This document shows positions 48,439-64,000 of a stretch of 64,000 nucleotides of DNA, in pieces. Every line of letters begins with the position of its first letter. The stretch's first letter is position 1. Under the pieces are notes generated by a model. The model searched no databases and had not been told where the DNA came from. It saw only the letters and a program-made list of their open reading frames with translations. Origin of the DNA: the human T2T-CHM13v2.0 reference genome, Homo sapiens; NCBI RefSeq assembly GCF_009914755.1, contig NC_060930.1. One strand, given 5' to 3'. The translations under genes and the position numbers were made by a program.

Positions 48439-48510
48439 CTTTGAAGTAGAATTTTCATGATATACTCCTTGTACCAAGTCCATAAGAGCACTTGCTAAAA
48501 GTTCCACAAC
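48439..48510 (-). CDS. PDSS2: PDSS2 internal coding exon (exon 4 by recall), [24 protein letters not shown]
   Basis: Minus strand reads ...ttcttcttgctttttag|GTTGTGGAACTT...ACTTCAAAG|gtaaag. It is 72 nt, phase 0/0, and the peptide matches PDSS2 as I recall it. Confidence 0.96.
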
Positions 48511-50501
48511 CTAAAAAGCAAGAAGAAAAATAAAAATAAAAAAATTTAAATATATCTCTATTGTTACCTCAGAATGTTTCAGAAGGCTCAGTGGCAAGGC
48601 AGAATTTTTCTGTGCTTGACAGAAAAAATGGGGCTATGCACCAAGATCTCAGCAAATGGCATTGCCCACCTGGATATTAAAGCTGTGATCCAAATTTTTT
48701 CAGTCATAATTCAAGCCAAAAAAAATCTTATAAGCATAGCATTTAACTAATATACATGAAAATCGAGTAATAGCCATTTTGAACATAAACTTACATTTCA
48801 GATAACTAATGAAATCTTAACTCAATTTATTTTCTGCATGTTTATTTCTGTCAGGTGGATACTTTTTCAGTACTCCCATTCTGGGAGCAATTACAATGTT
48901 AATTTTCATACTTATTACAGAAAAAAAAGCAAAAGCAAAAGAATGGATAATCTTTCAAATATGTTCATTCTGTTACACTTAAAATGCACTGTGGATATAT
49001 TTACTGTGGGGTCCCTGGGTCAAATGTACCATAAACACTGAAAATTTTTACAGAACTGTAATACTGAAATCATATTCATCAAACCTGTATTATTTTTCAA
49101 GGCTGAGACTTTTTTTTTTTGTTAAATCAAGTGAGATCAAAAGCTTTGAACTTGTTCCAGGATGTAAAACAAGCAGAAAACAGTAAATGGTCTCTTTGGA
49201 ACTACTGTACAATTTAGAGTAGTTTGCATAAAGCATCTTAATTTGAGAGGATAAAATAGTGGTATTTATGATAATGTTCAATGTAGCCATTTCAAATAAG
49301 AATTCCTCAAGGCAACCCCATCCGCTTCTTACAAGTCTTAATATCTTGTATATTTAACTTCCTATGTTATGCAGTCCTGTATCAGATTTCCACTCTTTGC
49401 TTCCGAAAATTCAGCTCCATTCTGATTGAATTAAAGGATTTTGTTTCAGCTTTTATCATTCTTGTAATTGAAGACATTATTAAGCCAAAGAATACAGACC
49501 CAAACAACAAGATACTTCAATCTCAGGTACCCTGGGTTTAATAAACATTTTCTTAGAGGCAAATGACATTAATTTGTAGAAAGATTTGCTTTAACATTTT
49601 AACACATGAGCACTTATCTCCAAATTTATATATTTACGTTTATACTACATAACATACACAGAACTGCTGATATGAAATTTTTGCTGATTAAAGGCATATT
49701 TTTTTCCTAGCTCTTTAAGGATGGTTTAATTTGTAAGACATATACAAAGTCTTTTTTATTTTTTTTAAATCACATTGTCCTTCAGGTAACCAAATACTTA
49801 AGAAATATTGTAGCAATATGAGCTGCAGAGGAACTGGAAGGACAATGATCCTACAGTGTTACCACATGAGTTGAGTTATTTAAGTGGGGAAGAGAGAAAA
49901 ATGAATGGATTTTTTTCCCCCTGAAGGTATCAGATAAGCCCTATTCCTAAATCCAGGAGGACTGAGTATCGCCAATAGGTCTATGAAAGACTGTAACTAA
50001 ACGCACAGCATCAGATTGGATTACAGTTTACACAAGCAACATCCCAAGATCCCCCTGATGGCTGGACACATAATACAGATCAATCACTCACTAAGAAATG
50101 TTATGGTTTTGAAACAGTTTGAGCTCTGAGACCAGCATTGGTAACGTGAAGAGGGATTTACAAAGAGAAAGTCTGACGCTAAATGTCAAAATGATGGCAT
50201 GAACTTTTAACAGTGGATCTGGCTCTGGATAACCAGAGTGTTCCTTTACTTCCCTGAAATTCCAGACCAGGCAGAAGCAACAAGAACATTTTGTTCTCTG
50301 ACTCTTTTTCTCATTGCGTAAACCTGTCCTTACAAGTTCATAATTTATAAATGACCTGTACTTACAAATGGCTATACTTACTTGAACAGAACACACCTCC
50401 ACCTCCATAGCCAATGACAACCCATTAAGGAAAAAGCTTTAGATTTCTTTGAGTTAACAAGTCGAGGAAGGAAAGAGATTATAAAAAGCAAGAGTAGCCT
50501 A

Positions 50502-50926
<425 letters not shown>

Positions 50927-53740
50927 GAAAGATGTGTTTAAGTATCACCCTTCCTTAAAACTGCAAATATTTCTAGAGAGACCACAAGGCTAGCAGCCAC
51001 TCACAATTTAGTAAGCTCATTTAATAATCTGACTTTTTTTTGCATATTACCCCAGTCATTCACCTGTTTAGATACTGCTATACTTACATTTAAGAAAACA
51101 CTTGGTTAATAACATATTCCCCCCTCAGATTCTTGAGGAGTGACATGTTCAGGCAACTCAAAGTGCTGGCAGGAATAATGGCAGCCAAAGGAGAATCCAG
51201 AGGCCTAAAAGCCAGACCTCTTGGGGCTGAGAGCTGAAGTCCTGTTGCTATAGATAAGTGCAACCTTGAGAAAGATTCCAGGACTTTTGTTTCTCAGGCC
51301 CATGGGGCAAGCAAACACTTTCTACTAGGGGAAGAAAAAAAAAAAAAAGAAGGTTCAAAGAGCCTCAATGTGAGTTACCCTTGGAAGCTCAACAGATTAG
51401 GGAACTGTTAAAAAAAAAAAAAAAAAAAAAGCAGAATACTAGCAGCCACAGAATCTAGATTCTATTCCAAGGTCTACTAATAATTTGATTGTGAGATTTG
51501 GGCAAATCAATTTTTCTGAGCTTTGATTTTCTTCAACTCAATGCAATGAATTGCAATAAAGGGAATTGGAAAAGATGATTCCTTAAGGCCTCTTCCAGCC
51601 CTATAATTCTAAGCTTTTACAAATGCAAGTCTTATTATTTATAATCAGGCATGTAAACTTGAAAACTCCTTTTCTGCAAATTTTGATGGAACATCTTTGC
51701 TCATGTAATTCATTTTTATCTGTTGTCTTCACATGAACCTTTCCCTCTATCTGAATTCTACTGGCTAATTTCTTTGTGAAACTTTTTGTACCAAATCCCC
51801 TTTGGTTTCAATACCTAGAATTATAATAAAACACTTTCCATTTTTCAAAACCATTATGACTGGTAGAGCACCCCATCAACTGGCAAAGTCCTACTTGAGT
51901 CAATTAAAGGCAACACTGCTGAGCTCTGATTCTTGAAGGGCTCTAATGCTTGGAAATGATTTATATATACTGGATTCTGAATGACATCAGGCTTAACTGC
52001 CAAGTTGCATCAAACAAATAATGGTACTAAGTTGGCCATATCGTGAGTATCTCTAAACAGTAAATACGTAGAGCATTTAGAAGAGAATCTGGAACATAAG
52101 TTTCAGTGAGTGTTAACTTATTCTTCTTCCATACTGCCCTATTACCGTGCTATATTCAGTACAAGCCTTACGTAGATGAACAGCAGAGTATGGAAACCAA
52201 GATTATGGTATTTTTAAAATTGTGTGCCTAAATATTTTGGAAGAAAGTGAGTTTTAGTTCAACAACAAAACCCAACCCAGAACACATGCAAAGACCATTT
52301 TAACCAAAATCAGGGACCTCTGAAACACTGACTTGCTGCATCCTGAAATATTGTTTTAGATTATACAACAGTCAGCATCAATGTTAAATAGTTTAGCCAT
52401 CTGGAGAGCAATTAAACAGGACATAACTTTCTGCATTTCTGGTGACTGCGAGAATAGCAGCATTGCTTACCTACACATGCAAATAAAAAAAAAATGCTCT
52501 TCTCTTCAGTTTGGGTCATATGTTGAAATACGACTCTACAGCAAAGCCATACACTATCCTTCAATTTCCAGTGAACCTGAAGTGGCAACCACTCCTAATG
52601 TAAGTGTCATGAGCTGGCTTCTCCTGCCACCTCCCTTGTTTTGGCTGCTGGGGAGAATGCTGCAGCATAGGACAGTAAATGGACAGTGCATGTCTAGTTG
52701 CTATTCTCAAGCAAATTGTTGATCACTCCCATTTCAATAACCACCGTCTCACCCAAGTTAGGAAGAGATAGTATCCAGGTGTATCTGAACCTTAACAAAA
52801 TTATAGATCTGACATAATTAACCTTTGTGATGAATTTCTTAAATGGTTAATTTACAGGACAAATTTCAGCAATCTCAGGGGAATATATAATTGCTTCATT
52901 CTTTATCTTTTGGCAAGGGTAACTACAATTCAATGATTTTTTACACTGAAAAACCAAGATGATGAATACCCTCACAAAGGATATTGTGATGACTATGCCC
53001 TGAGCTATAATAAATTCTCATCATAAAAAACAGAAATTGAGAGGAGTAGGGGATGGTAAGACAAAAATACTGACCCCCCCCCGCAAAAAAATCCTCGCAT
53101 TGCTATCCAAAGATGTCTGTAACATATTCTTAAGGAAAAAAAGCTATTTACAAAATAGAAGTAGTATGAAAGGTATTTTAAAAACAAAAATGAGGTCAAT
53201 CTATGTGTTTATATACACAAGAGAAAAAGTCTGAAAGGAGAGACAACAAAATAATAATAATGTACAAATGATAGATTCTGGATGATTTTTAATTTAAAAA
53301 ATTGTTTTCTTCAATCTTTCTGCTTAAATTTATAATTGCTAAGTTTATAACAGCTTACATATATAATGCATTACACTATTTCCCTCTTTTTATTGTATTG
53401 CTTTTATAATTAAATAAAACAATAAACCTATTTCCTTGGGGAGGGTGTTGGGGGGGGAAGCATACCTTGTTTATAGTCTCAGAGAGACCTCAAGTTAAGC
53501 TATGTTCACAAATTGATTTATGGAATATATCACTCAATAGTTTTTGGACTAGAAAAAATAGGATCAGTAAGTGGCAGTAAGCATTCTGGATAGACAAGTT
53601 GTGCCTTTCTCAATAAATGGGATTCAGGAGTACTGTCAGTTAGCACTTGACAGGCTGAATAGACTCAACAGAGTCGTAGATGTTTGACTAGTACAGCAGA
53701 CCACTCTAATTTGAGCAAAGGAGTGCCTATCCTAAATTAA

Positions 53741-54046
<306 letters not shown>

Positions 54047-55538
54047 ACAAGGAAATCTTTAGAAAAAATGTAAACTATAAGGTAACATGGCTCAATTAAA
54101 GCTCAAGTCAGCATAATATGATTGATGTAATAAGGTAGTATGGTTGCATTTTAATTCACTTGAAAAAGGTTGCTTTATAACTTAATTTGCTTGGTATATA
54201 AAAACTGTGAAGGCCATTACAGATTTGTAATCTTCTTGCAAAAATTTGTCCTCAGGTGATTTTAATGATGGATTTACTACAGTGTGGAATGAAAAACATG
54301 TCCATCACTCTATTTGGAGGTGAATAACACGGCACCCCTCAGCCTTTACTGCTTTGAGCTGCTAGCAAAGAAAACAGTCATGTGTGTTCATGTGTGTGCA
54401 TGTACATCTGCAGTGCTGATGGCATTAACTATGCACAACTTTACTGCGCTCTTTCCTCCACCCCCAGGAACAAACAGCAATGCATGAAGTAGTAGCAAAG
54501 GTAAAACACTCTTGGGGAAGAATGAATTTTCATATACATCTTGGGAGGAACAAAAGATGGATTTAGTCTCTTTTGAAAGAGCTTTGGAATTTGAAGGGAT
54601 ATTGTCAAAATTTCTTTTTGAGCCACAAAAACTCTTATCAGTGAAAATATCTTACAGAAAAATACTGAGAGGGTGCTGAATAGGCCGATAAAGGTAACCA
54701 GAGCAGGTGGTGTCACTCTTTACTTCATAAAAATGAAGCACAAACTATTTGTGAGACGCATATAAAGATGGAAAGATTTATATTGCCAAGATAAGGTATA
54801 GAGGGACTAAAGAGTGGCACCCTCCCATAGAGACCAATAATAATGTCTAACATTTGTAAAGCACTTTATCATTTACAATTGGATTTAAGCAAACCATCTC
54901 ATTCCAGGTAGATTCAGTCCCCAGTGCTCAGCCAGAGCTTCCAGGCTGGCAGCCTCAGTGGAGAAACGACTTCTGAAGAACACAGGGCACAGCAGCAGTG
55001 GCCAAATGAGGGGTGAATCTACTCACCCACCACCTGGGCACGAACTACCCAGATGAGCCCTACTCTGCATGCTGATTAAAATAAATGAGGGCTTTGATAA
55101 AGCCATCGCTAAAGTCTCTGAAAGGATGGCTCTCTCCACTTCTTCCTATCAAACTAGGACTGGGTTTAATGTAGACAATGATGAAAGGGCTGTTGCAATA
55201 AGCACACCAACTCATAGGAGTTCTGGAGGAAGCTTCTAACTCAGTTTTTTGAAGGGAGCCTTTTCAGTACTGCCAAATGTGTAAGGCTTTGCTTATTTGT
55301 GGGAGGGATGGCAATCTGTTCTAGTGAGCTGGAAGTTCTTTCTGGCTAAGGGGGTAGCGAAGAGAGAGAAATGGCACTACCAACAGGACAGGTGCAGCAA
55401 AAACTAAGCAAATTGATAATCTTAATTTTTAATTTAGAACAGCTGATACATTGGTTCATAAACTAACTACTGGTAACATTTGTCAAAAAGGTTTCAGGAA
55501 AATTCAGTGAACTAAACAAAAGTATAAAATTGCAACTG

Positions 55539-57224
<1,686 letters not shown>

Positions 57225-57727
57225 GAAAAATAATTTTTTTTAAAGATAAAAATTTTCATAAGAAATAAAGAAAAAGGAGACGTTTTCCAGCAGATTTTTT
57301 AAAAAGTTGGTTGTGTCAAGTATTTTGCATTACTATAAAAACTATAATAAATAGTTGCTGAGAATTGAATACTTGGTCATGAAACAAACAAGCAACGTAA
57401 AACTGATTATCATATAGCAGTTAGTTGCTTTATTTTCCACCTTCCCCCAGTATGGGAATTGCTGAATATGAAGTCTGTTGTACTCAGGATATACCATTCT
57501 CAGTATGTTCTTTACCTAGCGACACTGCCGCATGTTGTTCTGACAGAATTCTGAGAGAATTATCCTTGCCATTTTAGTGTTGGGCCCATTTTTATTCAAT
57601 GTGGCTGATGAGCTCCATTTTGCTTTCACTGCTTCTTCATCTGGAGACCCTCTCAGTGATGTAAACTGAAAGACTGTTGTTGGCTAGCACACTGCCTTCT
57701 ATTAGTGGCTTTCAATACACATTGTGA

Positions 57728-58517
<790 letters not shown>

Positions 58518-58875
58518 GTATTGATAGTGATTCACTAAATTGATTTCACCACTCCCCAATGAAAAGGATGTGATCTGTGGTTTGAAACATTATTCAATAT
58601 CATGCTGAAAAATGTTATGTATAGTTCATACCTTGTTAGTCCTTGTAATTACACACAAGGTCTTCCAAATTTTTGATGCAGTTTAAACATTGTTACTCTA
58701 AAATATATTTTTAGAGGTATTTATTTCTTTATCACTTTTTACCAAAAACATGTAAATGAAGTGAAGGTAAACAGAGAGGCAAGATAAAACAGAATCATTC
58801 TTGGGTACTATGGAGTATATTCTATTAGGGTGCATTTCAATCTTGTAGGCTTGTATCAATAATGCTGATGCTTAG

Positions 58876-60810
<1,935 letters not shown>

Positions 60811-61413
60811 AGTTGGGTTTTAAACTGGTATTTCTCATGCTTCATGCAATGCACACACAAAAATTTTTTTTGAATTAACAATACTGTTTTAGTATGTGAC
60901 TTACTTGTGTAAATCACAACTGTTTCAATATAAATGTGAATTATCACTTTGCTCAATCAATATTATCAGAAATTTACATTTGTACATTACCTTATAGCCT
61001 TTAAAGTACTTGAACAAATTAAGCCATATATAAAATTTTCAACACAAATCCGCCATAAAGATGAGTTTACCAATTTGGGGTACTGCTTTAGATTGCTGAA
61101 ATATGCACAAAAATCTTTAGCTCTCTGATTTTATATAAGATATTGGCTTCTCTGTTACTTTCCTGACTTTATTAACAATTTCCTTGATTATAATCATTTT
61201 GTTTTTCTTCATGTGTCATGCCATTTTCAGGATCTGGTTATAAGATGCAAGTTTAGACTCTTTCCTACAACATCTACAACATTTGGAACCATAGAATATT
61301 GGAACCAGCAAGGATCTAAGAGATGGACATGATGCTGCCTTTATTTTTTTAGAAAACTAAAAAAAAAAAAAAAAAGTTGCTTTTGCTTATAAGTTGCTAA
61401 TTTAAAATGTTTC

Positions 61414-63854
<2,441 letters not shown>

Positions 63855-64000
63855 CCCCCTCCATTTTCATGGACATTTGCTAGATCTCCAAAGCCAGAGC
63901 GAGAAAAAAAATCTATTTTCAAGTTTGAGTGATTCAGTACTCTTCTTTTCCCTTTCTAATGGTCTCACCTGAGGAACTTTCTGAGTTAGGAGTTTACTAA

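Noticed and set aside
60980-61130. Minus-strand peptide KQYPKL...SSTLKAIR loosely resembling a hAT transposase C-terminus
   Set aside because: The key residues (W, CERSFS) are absent and no TIRs are seen, so it cannot be supported without an HMM search.

Overview
Primate (human-like) genomic DNA that is very Alu-rich: roughly 70-75 Alu copies or monomers, about 30% of the window by eye. The whole window lies inside the minus-strand gene PDSS2 (decaprenyl diphosphate synthase subunit 2, coenzyme Q10 side-chain synthesis; human 6q21 from recall). Three internal coding exons are visible with canonical AG/GT boundaries: 48439-48510 (72 nt), 15043-15216 (174 nt) and 13374-13505 (132 nt). These are exons 4-6 by my recall of the gene, and all are phase 0. 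An RPS24 processed pseudogene sits antisense in the large intron (32618-33125). The rest is intronic: Alu, old L1/L2/MIR, LTR relics (MER21/MER77, MLT1, ERV1-type) and MER DNA transposons. Nearly all ORFs in the supplied track are Alu or other repeat translations. I see no evidence for a new gene system. The best leads concern RNA processing: (i) a candidate 150-nt in-frame poison exon ending exactly in TAG|GT (57516-57665); (ii) an inverted-Alu layout around stop-free phase-0 exons that would give a circRNA with an endless reading frame; (iii) a cluster of near-identical alternative 5' splice sites after exon 6. Repeat subfamily names come from recalled consensus features and repeat boundaries are approximate.
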